A stretch of DNA of 64,000 nt from Acidobacteriota bacterium (GTDB lineage: Bacteria > Acidobacteriota > UBA6911 > RPQK01 > JAJDTT01). Position numbers and translations under genes: made by a program. Shown here piece after piece: positions 1 to 9,725 of this stretch. The notes under the pieces are model-generated. The model was given only the letters and a program-made list of their open reading frames with translations, was not told the DNA's origin and did no database searches. The stretch spans positions 4,192,001 through 4,256,000 of the forward strand of contig CBDCJH010000002.1 in assembly GCA_965217775.1 (NCBI GenBank). Direction: 5' to 3'. Numbering within the stretch: position 1 is the stretch's first letter; the number at the start of each line of letters is the position of its first letter.

Positions 1-65
1 ACTGTCGAGATGCCGACGAAATGCAGTCTTCTCTGGATCGAGAAGGCTCTCCCAACTGGCTCTAA

Positions 66-223
66 CAGCCCGTGGCAAAAGTCATCACGGCATTCGACCG
101 TCCCTGCATCCCGGCGGACGGCGTTGCGATTCGGGCACATACTCCCGGTATGCACCCGAATCGCGCCTTGTCCGGCGGGCGCAGGAACGGTCTCGGTGCT
201 CGCGGGACTTTCACCACGGACTG
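66..223 (+). mobile_element. 158-bp MITE-like element, family A, copy 1
   Basis: Ends CAGCCCGTGG...CCACGGACTG (imperfect TIR), flanked by CTAA direct repeat (62-65, 224-227); identical to 19910-20067; internal hairpin 126-164. Confidence 0.9.
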
Positions 224-1225
224 CTAAAGCTTGAGCTCGTCTTCTATCCTTACCTTTCGTCCCTCCTCCCGCCGCGAGATGTCGGCGCCGATCATGATGC
301 GGCACACGGCCACCGTGTCCTTCATCAGCTCGACGGGACGTTTTCCCGTCCGGACCATGGACACGAAGTCGCCGAGCAGGCTCCGCATCATGAAGAAGGG
401 GTCGTCGGCCGGCAGTACCGAGTGTCCCTGCGTTCCGTGAAGCGACATCTCCAACGTCTTGGCCATGGGATAGAGGACCTGCAACAGGGCGAGGCGCCGG
501 TTCGAGTAGGTCACCTCCACCGACCAGTCCCCTCCCTGAACCTGATGCCGGTTTTCGGCGCCGTCCCGCCAAGGAACGGTCTTGAGAGGTCTCGGTTCTC
601 CCAGAAAGGTGACGCTGACCGGTTCCCGGCCCCAGAGTTGAACCAGAGTCTCTCCCATGTGCCAGCCGTAACCGAACCAGTCCATGGCCGACAGGCCGCG
701 GAAGAGGCGGGCCGTCCCGACCGGACTGGACTCCGACTTCAGTTCCCGGAGCGCCGGATTGTAGCGAAGGTTGGAGCAACTCATGAGAGGGTAGTCCTCT
801 CCAGCCTCGCTCCACAGTTGTCGCATCGCATCCCAGCGGCTGACCAGGGGCCGGTCGAAGAAGATCGGGATCCCGCGTTCCAGGAAGGGCCGCGCCAGGG
901 GTAGATGGACATCCCCCTCGTTCTCGGTAATCAGGACGCCGTCCACCCGGTCCAGAAGCTCCTCCGGCCGATCCGCCACGTGGGGAATCCGCCCGATCCA
1001 GGCGGCGTGTTCCGCCTTGCGGCGATCCTCAGCCCAGATCGACACCACCCGGGCTCCGGCAAGCCGCCGCTCTTCCGGCGGTTGGGCCTCCAGGTAGCGC
1101 ACGATGTTGGGGTAGGCTTCTTTCAACCCCTGCCGAGCGTAGCCGTTGCAGAAGGCGGACAGGGAATAGGGATGGCCATGGGAGACTCCCAGGATGCCCA
1201 GACGCAATTCTGAATTCGCCGACAT
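224..1225 (-). CDS. Gfo/Idh/MocA family NAD(P)-dependent oxidoreductase
   Basis: LRLGILG N-terminus, 'ELLDRVDGVLI...H...A..FLERGIPIFFDRP' (variant of the EKP motif), YGWH; start re-picked at MSANSEL. Confidence 0.75.
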   Translation of the reverse strand: MSANSELRLGILGVSHGHPYSLSAFCNGYARQGLKEAYPNIVRYLEAQPPEERRLAGARVVSIWAEDRRKAEHAAWIGRIPHVADRPEELLDRVDGVLITENEGDVHLPLARPFLERGIPIFFDRPLVSRWDAMRQLWSEAGEDYPLMSCSNLRYNPALRELKSESSPVGTARLFRGLSAMDWFGYGWHMGETLVQLWGREPVSVTFLGEPRPLKTVPWRDGAENRHQVQGGDWSVEVTYSNRRLALLQVLYPMAKTLEMSLHGTQGHSVLPADDPFFMMRSLLGDFVSMVRTGKRPVELMKDTVAVCRIMIGADISRREEGRKVRIEDELKL

Positions 1226-1236
1226 GCCGCCACCTG

Positions 1237-2895
1237 TTACTGGAATTGAAAGGCAAAGATCTTGGCTCGGCGCAAGTGGAAGCGAAGGCGCACCGGTTCT
1301 ACGGCCAGATCCTTCAGGCTCGGCCCATTCCTCCAGGTGACCTCGTGCGCGACCGCGTTTCCCTGGAAGGCGTCGCAATCTTCCCGGCCGAACCCGGCCA
1401 ACGGAACCCCGGTCGAGGCGTCCAGGACCTCGACCGCGACCCGTCCCTCGTCGCCCGTGGTGCGGGCGTTGATCTCCAGACGCTCACCCTCGAAAACCAG
1501 AGGCTTGGTGGTGAACTCCCCTTCTCCGGCCGTCAACGAGACGAATCCGTCCAGGCGCAACTTGGCCAGGCTGATGCTGCTCTCCTCGTTCTCACCCCGC
1601 GGCAGCGCCCAGTGACCCTTGCGGTAGCCGATGTAGTAGAGCCAGATCTCTCCCAGATCCTTCCGCACCACCGGCAACTGGGCCATGTAGACCATCCCGG
1701 CGTCGTAGGAGTCGGCGGGCCCGACCGGCAGGAAGGGACGGCCGTTTCCCAACCGATGCCACTGCCGGCCGTCCCGGCTGACGACCAACTGGATGTCCAC
1801 CGTGTCCAGCCAAGGCGTCCGGGCCGTTCCCCGCATGGGCGGGATCCCCGGCTCCATCCCGCTGCAGATATGGTAGCGGGTCAGGAAGGCCACGTACTGA
1901 TTCTCATAGGGAAGGCACTCCAGGGTGTAGAAGCCGCCGGTGCAGGGCGCATCCCTCTCGTCGGGCGGGATCAGGAGGTACGGGCGGTTGACTGCCACCG
2001 GGTCCTTCATCCCCTGGGGCGCGTCCCACTTCAGGAAATCGGCGCTGGTGGCGATTCCGGGAGCCCGCACCCGCCCTTCTCGCGTCTGGAATCGGGAATC
2101 GCTTTCGAAGAGGGGAGGCCAGAGTCGTATGTGGGCCACGTACCGGCTGCGGGCCTCGTCCCAGAACACCACCTGGTGAGTGTCGTTGTTCATATAGACG
2201 GGATTGACTTCGGGACTGGGATAGTTGGTCCACCGGATCCCGTCGGGCGAATAGGCGGCCCAGACGCCACCCTTGACGGTCTCGGCGTGAAATCCCGCTT
2301 GCCCCGGCTTGAGCGCGGGACGCCGGTAGAGCATCTTGTAGCGCTTCGCCGGGTCCTTTTCGTGGGGATCCTTGAAGACCCCCGGCGCCCGGACTCCGCC
2401 AGGCTTGCCGAAGACGAAGTTGTGCTCCCGGGAGGCTCGTCCGGCACAGAAGGGCGAACGGAAGTCGAATTGCCCCACGGACGGCGCCTCCCAGTCGATC
2501 CCGTTGGTGGAGGTGTAGTACCCGAGAAGGTTCTCCTTCCAGAGATAGTCCACCACCTGGTTCCACATCTTGTAGATCTTCTCTTCCCGGTCGTAGATCA
2601 GGTTGCTGTGTCCGAAGTCCATGTCGGCGCCCCAGCAACGGTCCATCTGCAGGACGGGGTTCCCAGCGTATTTCAGGGGTTGGTTGACCAGCGAATAGAC
2701 GCCTCGGCGGGATTCCACGATCCGGTCATCCAGGAAGAGTTGCTTCTGCCGGCCGACAACAATCGGTTCCGCCCCAGCCTCCATGGAGACCGTGGCGCCG
2801 GACAGGAGGACAAAGGCAAGCAAACTGAAAGCAAGGTACCGAGGCCGGAATTCTGGACTGTGAAGCGGCACTGCGTACGATTTGGAAACGATCAT
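1237..2895 (-). CDS. Exported GH-like five-bladed beta-propeller protein, paralog 1
   Basis: Signal peptide, QLFLDD, YKMW, S.DGI.W repeats, C-terminal LRLDGFVS...VRLRFHL..AKIFAFQFQ; GAGGA RBS before ATG 2895. Confidence 0.75.
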   Translation of the reverse strand: MIVSKSYAVPLHSPEFRPRYLAFSLLAFVLLSGATVSMEAGAEPIVVGRQKQLFLDDRIVESRRGVYSLVNQPLKYAGNPVLQMDRCWGADMDFGHSNLIYDREEKIYKMWNQVVDYLWKENLLGYYTSTNGIDWEAPSVGQFDFRSPFCAGRASREHNFVFGKPGGVRAPGVFKDPHEKDPAKRYKMLYRRPALKPGQAGFHAETVKGGVWAAYSPDGIRWTNYPSPEVNPVYMNNDTHQVVFWDEARSRYVAHIRLWPPLFESDSRFQTREGRVRAPGIATSADFLKWDAPQGMKDPVAVNRPYLLIPPDERDAPCTGGFYTLECLPYENQYVAFLTRYHICSGMEPGIPPMRGTARTPWLDTVDIQLVVSRDGRQWHRLGNGRPFLPVGPADSYDAGMVYMAQLPVVRKDLGEIWLYYIGYRKGHWALPRGENEESSISLAKLRLDGFVSLTAGEGEFTTKPLVFEGERLEINARTTGDEGRVAVEVLDASTGVPLAGFGREDCDAFQGNAVAHEVTWRNGPSLKDLAVEPVRLRFHLRRAKIFAFQFQ

Positions 2896-2986
2896 GGTGA
2901 TCCTCGTTAGGAAATTCGTCCGAGGCAACGACCCGGAACTGAGCGCATAGCGCCCCGATTTTCTCCCGGCCATCGCCCCTCCACGG

Positions 2987-3769
2987 TTACATGGCCGTGT
3001 ATCCTCCATCGACGACCAAGTTGGCTCCGGTCACGTAGCTGGATGCATCCGAGGCCAGGAACAGGATGGCGGCGGCCACCTCCCGCGCCTCCGCCATCCG
3101 GTTGAGCATGGTGCGCGTGCTGTAGCGCCGGACGAACTCGGCAGTGGCCGGCAGGACCCGGATCCCGCCGGGGCTGACACAGTTGCAACGAACCTCGGCC
3201 GGTCCATAGTAGCTGGCCACGAACCGCGTGAAATTGATCATCCCCCCTTTGTGAAAGAAATAGTCGGGAACGAAGGGTTGGCGGTCCAGACCCTGGTACA
3301 GACTCCTGTCGGGCCCGACCTGACCTTGAATCGAGGCCACGTTGACGATGGAGCCGCCGCCGGATTCCGCCATGAGGTCGCCGAAGGTCCGCGTCACCAG
3401 AAAGAGGCCGGTGGCGTTGACCCGCATGCTCCGGGAAAAGAGAGCAGGATCATCGGTCCAATCCTTCATGCTGCGGCCGACCGCGGCATTGACCAGGACC
3501 TGAAGGGCGCCTTCCCTCTCCAGTATGGTGGCCCTGAGATCCCGGATCGACTGCTCGTCTCCCTGGTCCAACGGGACCGGAACCACCGGGAGACCCTGCC
3601 GCACCAGCTTTTCGGCCACGGTCCGCATCCGGTCCAGCCGGAGGTCGCCTCCGTAGACCGTCGCCCCGGCTTCGGCCAGGGCCTGGATGAATGCCGGAGC
3701 GTGCCGTCCCGCCCCCCCGGTGACCAGCGCCACCTTGCCCTTCAGGGAGAAGCTGTCGAGTATTCCCAT
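2987..3769 (-). CDS. SDR family oxidoreductase
   Basis: KVALVTGGAG, LVNAA, SIVNVASI, YFFHK (YxxxK), VRCNCVSPGG, SYVTGANLVVDGG. Confidence 0.9.
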   Translation of the reverse strand: MGILDSFSLKGKVALVTGGAGRHAPAFIQALAEAGATVYGGDLRLDRMRTVAEKLVRQGLPVVPVPLDQGDEQSIRDLRATILEREGALQVLVNAAVGRSMKDWTDDPALFSRSMRVNATGLFLVTRTFGDLMAESGGGSIVNVASIQGQVGPDRSLYQGLDRQPFVPDYFFHKGGMINFTRFVASYYGPAEVRCNCVSPGGIRVLPATAEFVRRYSTRTMLNRMAEAREVAAAILFLASDASSYVTGANLVVDGGYTAM

Positions 3770-3772
3770 ACC

Positions 3773-5293
3773 TCAGCGGAAACGAAGGGCGAACAGATCC
3801 GCGTCCTGGAGCGCAAAGCGCAGCCGCACCGGACGACCCGCCAGGGAGGACACGTCGGGCCCTCCCTTCCACCGGACCTCCCGCTCCAGCTCGTCTCCGA
3901 AGATCACGGAACAGTCAGCGAGGCCGAATCCCTCCAGGGGAGTTCCCGCCGCATCCTGCAACTCCACCCGGATGCTTCCGGCCGCCGAAGTCGAGAAGTT
4001 GAGGGTGAGCCGGCCGCCCTTGAAGACGAGGGGACGGGTGACGATCTCGCCTCCCGCCATGGGGGCCGTCGCGGCCACGAAGCCGTCGATCCGGAGCGTA
4101 TAGCGGCGGATGTTGGTGCTGTTCCCCCTCCAGTAGCCCTCGTTCACGTAGACGGAGAGTTCATTGGGAGCCCCCTCCAGATGGCTTCGGGTCTCCACGA
4201 TGCCCCAGTTCTGATAGTTGTCCCCGTACACCCAGTTGCCCGTCGGCCTCAGCCCCGGACGGACGAAGGCCTCCTGCCAGCGGTGAAAGCTGATCCGGTC
4301 CCGGCCGGCCATGAAGATTCCCTCGGTCAACGCCGTGCCATACCGAACATGGACGCCGGCCCTCAGGCGCCGGTGCTCCTGCTCGGAAAGGGCCTTCATG
4401 GAGTCGGTCCATCCCCACTCGACGTAGCGCGTGGGAAAGCCCAGGAGAATGTGGGGGGCCCGATGGTAGGGCAGGATCTGATTGGTGTAGAGCTCCTCGT
4501 CAGGCGCACCTGGGTAGCTGAGCGTGACGGGATCGGTCCAGTTCAGAAAGTCCTGGGAAACTCCGGTCAGAATGTCGCGGATACCGCGCCTTCCGGCGGG
4601 GTCTTCGGAAAGCTTCCGGAAATACCGGTGATACTCGCGGTACTCGCGGCGCACAGGATCCCAGAAGGCCAGGTTCTGAGAGTCGAAGGCACCCTTGGTG
4701 ATGACCGGCCGGTCGGCCATGAGATCCCAATGGATGCCGTCGGGAGACTTCCAGGCGTAGAGCCCCCTTTCCGAGCTTCCGCTTGACACAGCCTTGTACC
4801 GGGCGTCCGCGCCGGCCGCCGGGTTCGCGTCCTTGAAGGGCACGAAGTTGTGAATCGTGCCTCCCACCGGGAGCCGGTCCAGGATAATGTTGTTGTCGTT
4901 GGATCCTTCAAACTCCACCAGACCCAGATTGGGGCGGTACCAGCGAATCCCATCCAGGCTCTCGACGTAGCACACCACTTCCCGATGCGCCAATTTCAGG
5001 GTCTCGCCGGTGACGAATTGGGAGCCCCGGTAGTACATGCGATAGCGGCCGTCGTCCTGGAAGACGGTGAAGTAGCCGCACGCATTCCCCTCCCAGCTCC
5101 GATCGGTCACCAGGGCGACCTCCCGGGGAGCGGGCCGGCGTAGTTCGAGCCGGGCCTCACCGAGGGTCTCGTCGATCAGGGCGCCGTCCACGAAAAGCTC
5201 GAGGCGAGAACCGATCTCCAGTCCCGAATCCTGAGCCCATAGGGAACCGCCGCTCCAGAGCAGGAGGACGAACAAGATCACTCGTGGGGGCAT
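3773..5293 (-). CDS. Exported GH-like beta-propeller protein, paralog 2
   Basis: Signal peptide, ELFVD, FDSQNLAFWD, LYTNQ, LRIDGFV..., ends LFALRFR; AAGGGAG RBS. Confidence 0.8.
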   Translation of the reverse strand: MPPRVILFVLLLWSGGSLWAQDSGLEIGSRLELFVDGALIDETLGEARLELRRPAPREVALVTDRSWEGNACGYFTVFQDDGRYRMYYRGSQFVTGETLKLAHREVVCYVESLDGIRWYRPNLGLVEFEGSNDNNIILDRLPVGGTIHNFVPFKDANPAAGADARYKAVSSGSSERGLYAWKSPDGIHWDLMADRPVITKGAFDSQNLAFWDPVRREYREYHRYFRKLSEDPAGRRGIRDILTGVSQDFLNWTDPVTLSYPGAPDEELYTNQILPYHRAPHILLGFPTRYVEWGWTDSMKALSEQEHRRLRAGVHVRYGTALTEGIFMAGRDRISFHRWQEAFVRPGLRPTGNWVYGDNYQNWGIVETRSHLEGAPNELSVYVNEGYWRGNSTNIRRYTLRIDGFVAATAPMAGGEIVTRPLVFKGGRLTLNFSTSAAGSIRVELQDAAGTPLEGFGLADCSVIFGDELEREVRWKGGPDVSSLAGRPVRLRFALQDADLFALRFR

Positions 5294-5328
5294 GAGGACT
5301 CCCTTGTTTCCAATCATTCAGGTCAACG

Positions 5329-6849
5329 TCACCGGAAACGAAGGGCGAACAGATCTGCGTCCTTGAGCACGAAACGCAGGCGGATCGGACGACCCGCCAG
5401 GGCCGACACGTCAGGCCCTCCCTTCCACCGGACCTCCCGTTCCAGCTCGTCGCCGAAGATCACGGAGCAGTCGTCGAGGCCGAAACCGTCCAGCGGATTG
5501 CCCGCCGCATCCTGCACCTCCACCCGGATGCTCCCGGCGGCGGAAGTCGAGAAGTTGAGGGTGAGCCGGCCGCCCTCGAAGACGAGCGGCCGGGTCACGA
5601 TCTCGCCTCCGGCCATGGGAGCCGTCACGGCTACGAAGCCGTCGACGCGGAGCGTATAACGGCGGAGTTTGGTGCCCTTCCCCCTCCAGTAACTCTCGTT
5701 GGCGTAAACGGAGAGTTCATTGGGGGCTCCCTCGATGTGGCTTCGGGTCTCCACGATGCCCCAGTTCTGAAAGTTGTCCGCGTAGACCCAGTTGTCCACC
5801 GGCCTCAGGCCCGGACGGATGTAGGCCTCCTGCCAGCGCCGAAAGCTGATCCGGTCCCGGCCGGCCATGAAGAGGCCCTCCGTCAAAGCTGTGCCGTAGC
5901 GAATATGGACTCCGGCTCTCAGACGCCGGTGCTCCAATTCGGGAAGGGCTCTCATGGAATCGGACCATCCCAGCTCGATGTAGCGGCTGGGAAAACCCAA
6001 CAGGAGGTGCGGGGCCCGATAGTAGGGCAGGATCTGGTTGGTGTACAACTGCTCGTCGGGCGCGCCGGGGTAGCTGATCCAGACCGGCTCGGTCCAGTTC
6101 AGGAAGTCCTGGGAAGTGCCGGTCAGAACGTCACGGATACCGCGCTCGCCTTCGGGGGTCTGGGCAACTCTCCTGAAATCCCGGTGATACTCACGGTACT
6201 CGCGGCGCGCGGTATCCCAGAAGGCCAGGTTTTGGGAATCGAAAGCACCCTTGGTGATGACCGGCCGGTCGGCCATGAACTCCCAGTGGATGCCGTCGGG
6301 GGATTTCCAGGCGTAGAGCCCCCGTTCCGGACTGCCCCGTGACACGGCCTTGTAACGGGCGTCCGGAGCCGCCGCCGGGTTCGCGTCCTTGAAGGGAACG
6401 AAATTGTGAACCGTTCCGCCTACGGGCAGCCGGTCCAGAATGATGTTGTTGGCTTTGGACCCTTCGAACTCCACCAGGCCCAGGTTGGGGCGGTACCAAT
6501 GGATCCCATCCAGGCTCTCGGCATAACAGATCACCTCCCGATGGGGGCGAGTCAGGGTTTTACCGGTGATGAAGTGGGAGCCCCGGTAATACATGCGATA
6601 GCGGCCGTCGTCCTGGAAAACGGTGAAGTGGCCGCACGCGTTCCCTTCCCAACTCCGATCGGTCTCCAGGACGACCTCCCTGGGAGTGGGCCGGCGAAGT
6701 TCGAGCCGGGCCTGTCCCCGGACCTCCTCGATCAGGGCGCCGTCCACAAAGAGTTCCAGGCGAGAACCGATCTCCAGTCCCGAATCCTGGGCTCGAACGT
6801 AAGCGTTGCTGCAGAACAGGAGAACGAACAAAGTCACTCGTATCCGCAT
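5329..6849 (-). CDS. Exported GH-like beta-propeller protein, paralog 3 (tandem duplicate of paralog 2)
   Basis: Colinear and highly similar to 3773-5293, including the RBS context AAGGGAGTCxTCATG. Confidence 0.8.
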   Translation of the reverse strand: MRIRVTLFVLLFCSNAYVRAQDSGLEIGSRLELFVDGALIEEVRGQARLELRRPTPREVVLETDRSWEGNACGHFTVFQDDGRYRMYYRGSHFITGKTLTRPHREVICYAESLDGIHWYRPNLGLVEFEGSKANNIILDRLPVGGTVHNFVPFKDANPAAAPDARYKAVSRGSPERGLYAWKSPDGIHWEFMADRPVITKGAFDSQNLAFWDTARREYREYHRDFRRVAQTPEGERGIRDVLTGTSQDFLNWTEPVWISYPGAPDEQLYTNQILPYYRAPHLLLGFPSRYIELGWSDSMRALPELEHRRLRAGVHIRYGTALTEGLFMAGRDRISFRRWQEAYIRPGLRPVDNWVYADNFQNWGIVETRSHIEGAPNELSVYANESYWRGKGTKLRRYTLRVDGFVAVTAPMAGGEIVTRPLVFEGGRLTLNFSTSAAGSIRVEVQDAAGNPLDGFGLDDCSVIFGDELEREVRWKGGPDVSALAGRPIRLRFVLKDADLFALRFR

Positions 6850-6991
6850 GATGACTCCCTTGGTTCCGGTGGAGGGTCGGAGTTGTTGAGAGAAAGCTAA
6901 CACACCAAGGTTTCAGCGAACAACGGAGAGGAGGAACGATTGGGGAGATCACACGGGAGTCTGTGGGTCCCTCGTGACTTTCCCCTCTATC

Positions 6992-9388
6992 ATGAAGGGT
7001 CGGATGTTTATTCCTCTGCTTCCTATTCCTCGCCTATTGGTTGTCGCCGGAATGGCTGCCTTCGGATTGCTTGCGCTCGCGTTCGCTCAGGTCATGGAGG
7101 GTCGTCTGACGGTCCGAATCTCGGACCCCGGCGGAGGGGCGGTCGCGGCAAGTGTTCGGCTCGTCGGACGGAGCCCGGAATTCGTCGCTGCAGCGACGGC
7201 CGATGAAACGGGCCACGCGGTCATCAAGCGCTTGCCGCCGGGCCTGTATCAGTTGATCGTACGGCATGCCGGCTTCGAAGAATTCTCCATTCAAGTGGAG
7301 ATCCGCTCCGCCGTCCCCCAGTCCGTGCAAGTCGTCCTGCAAGTCGGGACGCTCCATGAGGAAGTGACGGTCGAGAACTCGGCGCCTCTCCTCGACCCCT
7401 CGCAACCCTCGAACCCCATGCAGGTGGGCCGGCTGAAACTGAATCGCACACCGGGGACGACTTTGGGCCGGAGCACCATCGACGTCGTGACCACCCTGCC
7501 CGGCTGGCTGGTGGAGGCCAACGCCGTTCTTCACCCGCGCGGTTCGGAATATGACACCCAATACGTCATCGACGGAATGCCGCTCTATGACAACCGGTCC
7601 ATTGCATTCGTTCCGGCCTTCGAAAATGACGAATTCGAGGCCGTTAACGTTCTCACGGCCGGGATCCCCGCCGAATACGGGCGTCGTTTGGGTGGAGTCA
7701 TCGCGCTCGATACTCGCCGGGCCGAGGGGCGCGGACACCACACGGCTCTGGATCTGCAGGGAGGCGGGTACGGAACCTATATCGGTTCCATGTCTCACCA
7801 GTACGCGGCGGATCGCACCACCGTTTCGGCCGGTCTGCAAGTCGGCCGAACGGACCGTTACCTGGACCCGCCGTCCCTCGAGAACTTCACCAACAAAGCC
7901 AGTTCGGCCGGTTTCAATGCCCGTCTGGCACACGACATCTCCCCTCGCGACCAGTTGACGGTCTATCTCCGATACAACCGGTCCGGGTTTCTCGTGCCCA
8001 ACGACCTGGAGCAACAGGCGGCGGGACAACGGCAGGATCGGCAAATGGGTGAACTCGCGGGACAGGTCCACTACCAGAAGACCATTTCCGGGCGATCCGT
8101 GGGCTCTGTCCGGGGAATGGTCCGCGAGCTTTCCGGCAGGCTCTGGAGCAACCCGCTGGCGACTCCGGTCCATGTCCAACAAGACCGCGGTTTCCGCGAA
8201 GCCGCGCTCGTCGGCGACCTCACCGTCGACCATGGCTGGTACACGGTGAAGTTCGGCGGCGATGTCCGGGTCAACGACATTCGTGAGATGTTTCAACTGG
8301 CCGACCCAGGGGAGCTGACCCGTCCCATCCTGAGCTTCCACGACCAGCGGCGCAGCACGGAGCTCGGGCTGTTCGTTCAGAATCAGGTCCGCCTCGGAAA
8401 CTTCGTCACCAACCTCGGAGTCCGCCTCGACGGTTACAGACTGCTGGTGGTGGATACGGCCGTCAGCCCCAGGGCCGCGCTCAGCTACTACGTCCCCAAG
8501 GCCGAAATCCAGATGTTCGCCTCCTACGACCGCATCTTCCAACCGCCTCCCATGGAGAATCTGCTGCTGTCGAGCGGTGGGCCGGCGCTGGGAATCGACG
8601 CCGTCGAGGGGACCCTCGCGGTGCCCCCGAGCCGAGCCAACTTCTTCGAGATCGGTCTGCGCAAGACGTTCGGCGACGTTCTGCGCCTCGACCTGAAACA
8701 CTTCTGGCGGACTTTCCGAAACTTCATCGACGACGACGTTTTTCTGAACACGGGCATTTCGTTCCCCATCAGCTTCGACACCGCCCGCATCGAAGGGACG
8801 GAAGTCCGGCTCGAACTGCCTCGCTGGAGACGGATCTCCTCGTTCGTCAGCTACTCCAACCTGCTGGGCCGCGCGACTTCGCCCGTGACGGGAGGATTGT
8901 TCATCGAGGGCGGAGAAGCGGAAGAGTTGCGAGACGTCGTCGAGCGGTTTCCCATCAGTCAGGATCAGCGCAACACGGCCGCCGCCCAGTTCTTCTTCGA
9001 TCTCCATCGGCGGGTCTGGATCGGGTTCGGTGCGCGGTACGGAAGCGGGTTGCCGGTCGAGTTGGCCGACCATGATGATGACGAAGAGGTTGAGGCCGAC
9101 GACAAGGAGACCGCCGGACCGGAATACGGAACCGATGAAGACAACCCCATCCCGCTGGAGATTCTGCAACGGGTGAATTTTCGACGCGCCCGAATCCGGC
9201 CCAATTTCAGCCTGGACTTCTCGGTCGGCGCCCGGCTCTGGGAGCAGGACTCGCAATCGGTCTCGGTGCAGTTCGACCTGCGCAACGCCACCGACCGGCT
9301 CAACGTAATCAATTTCAACGGGCTCTTCTCGGGCACCGCTCTGGCTCCCGGCCGGCAAGCCACCCTGCGACTGAAGATGCGATTCTGA
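6992..9388 (+). CDS. TonB-dependent receptor with N-terminal carboxypeptidase-regulatory-like domain
   Basis: Signal peptide, LPPGLYQL.V...GF, plug motifs (YVIDG.P, AEYG.RLGGVI), C-terminal LRNATD...LKMRF; start uncertain (6974/6992/7004). Confidence 0.85.
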   Translation: MKGRMFIPLLPIPRLLVVAGMAAFGLLALAFAQVMEGRLTVRISDPGGGAVAASVRLVGRSPEFVAAATADETGHAVIKRLPPGLYQLIVRHAGFEEFSIQVEIRSAVPQSVQVVLQVGTLHEEVTVENSAPLLDPSQPSNPMQVGRLKLNRTPGTTLGRSTIDVVTTLPGWLVEANAVLHPRGSEYDTQYVIDGMPLYDNRSIAFVPAFENDEFEAVNVLTAGIPAEYGRRLGGVIALDTRRAEGRGHHTALDLQGGGYGTYIGSMSHQYAADRTTVSAGLQVGRTDRYLDPPSLENFTNKASSAGFNARLAHDISPRDQLTVYLRYNRSGFLVPNDLEQQAAGQRQDRQMGELAGQVHYQKTISGRSVGSVRGMVRELSGRLWSNPLATPVHVQQDRGFREAALVGDLTVDHGWYTVKFGGDVRVNDIREMFQLADPGELTRPILSFHDQRRSTELGLFVQNQVRLGNFVTNLGVRLDGYRLLVVDTAVSPRAALSYYVPKAEIQMFASYDRIFQPPPMENLLLSSGGPALGIDAVEGTLAVPPSRANFFEIGLRKTFGDVLRLDLKHFWRTFRNFIDDDVFLNTGISFPISFDTARIEGTEVRLELPRWRRISSFVSYSNLLGRATSPVTGGLFIEGGEAEELRDVVERFPISQDQRNTAAAQFFFDLHRRVWIGFGARYGSGLPVELADHDDDEEVEADDKETAGPEYGTDEDNPIPLEILQRVNFRRARIRPNFSLDFSVGARLWEQDSQSVSVQFDLRNATDRLNVINFNGLFSGTALAPGRQATLRLKMRF

Positions 9389-9429
9389 ATAGGGGCCGCC
9401 CTCGTGGGCACGCTCTTTTGCCTTTTTTT

Positions 9430-9525
9430 GTTCCTTACTCCCAAAATCTTGTGCAAATGGACAAAGAATTTTCCGTAGGGGCGCCCCTTGTGGGCGCCCT
9501 CTTCGGTCCAAAGCGGAGTAAGACG
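9430..9525 (+). repeat. ~95-bp intergenic repeat containing a GTAG-type REP-like palindrome
   Basis: Similar to 46685-46780; contains GTAGGGGCGCCCCTTGTGGGCGCCCT at 9475-9500. Confidence 0.7.
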
Positions 9526-9654
9526 GGGCCAGACGAAGAGTCGGCGGCTGGAAAGCCTCCACTCCGGCGAAGAAATTTTGGTTCCGGCTATGCCAGGTTA
9601 GGAGCTCTCCCACCGGCCGCGAGCCCCCGTAATCCTGGTAGAAAAAGGGGGGGC

Positions 9655-9725
9655 GTGGGAGCGGAGGCCTACAACCCCCGATTCCGCGTCGGCCATGAAG
9701 AGGGGGACAGGAATGTCCCCTCCCA
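9655..9725. repeat. Palindromic REP-like hairpin
   Basis: GGGGACA-GGAA-TGTCCCC stem-loop (9703-9720) inside a TGGGAG...CTCCCA inverted pair. Confidence 0.35.

Noticed and set aside
10-234. Small ORFs repeated in the ORF track (SPWQKSSRH..., MIYCESGRIG... at 30087 and 36671)
   Set aside because: They are translations of MITE sequence, not independent genes.
3773-6849. Near-identical tandem segments as a diversity-generating retroelement TR/VR pair
   Set aside because: Similarity spans whole genes, differences do not appear adenine-specific, and no reverse transcriptase is present.
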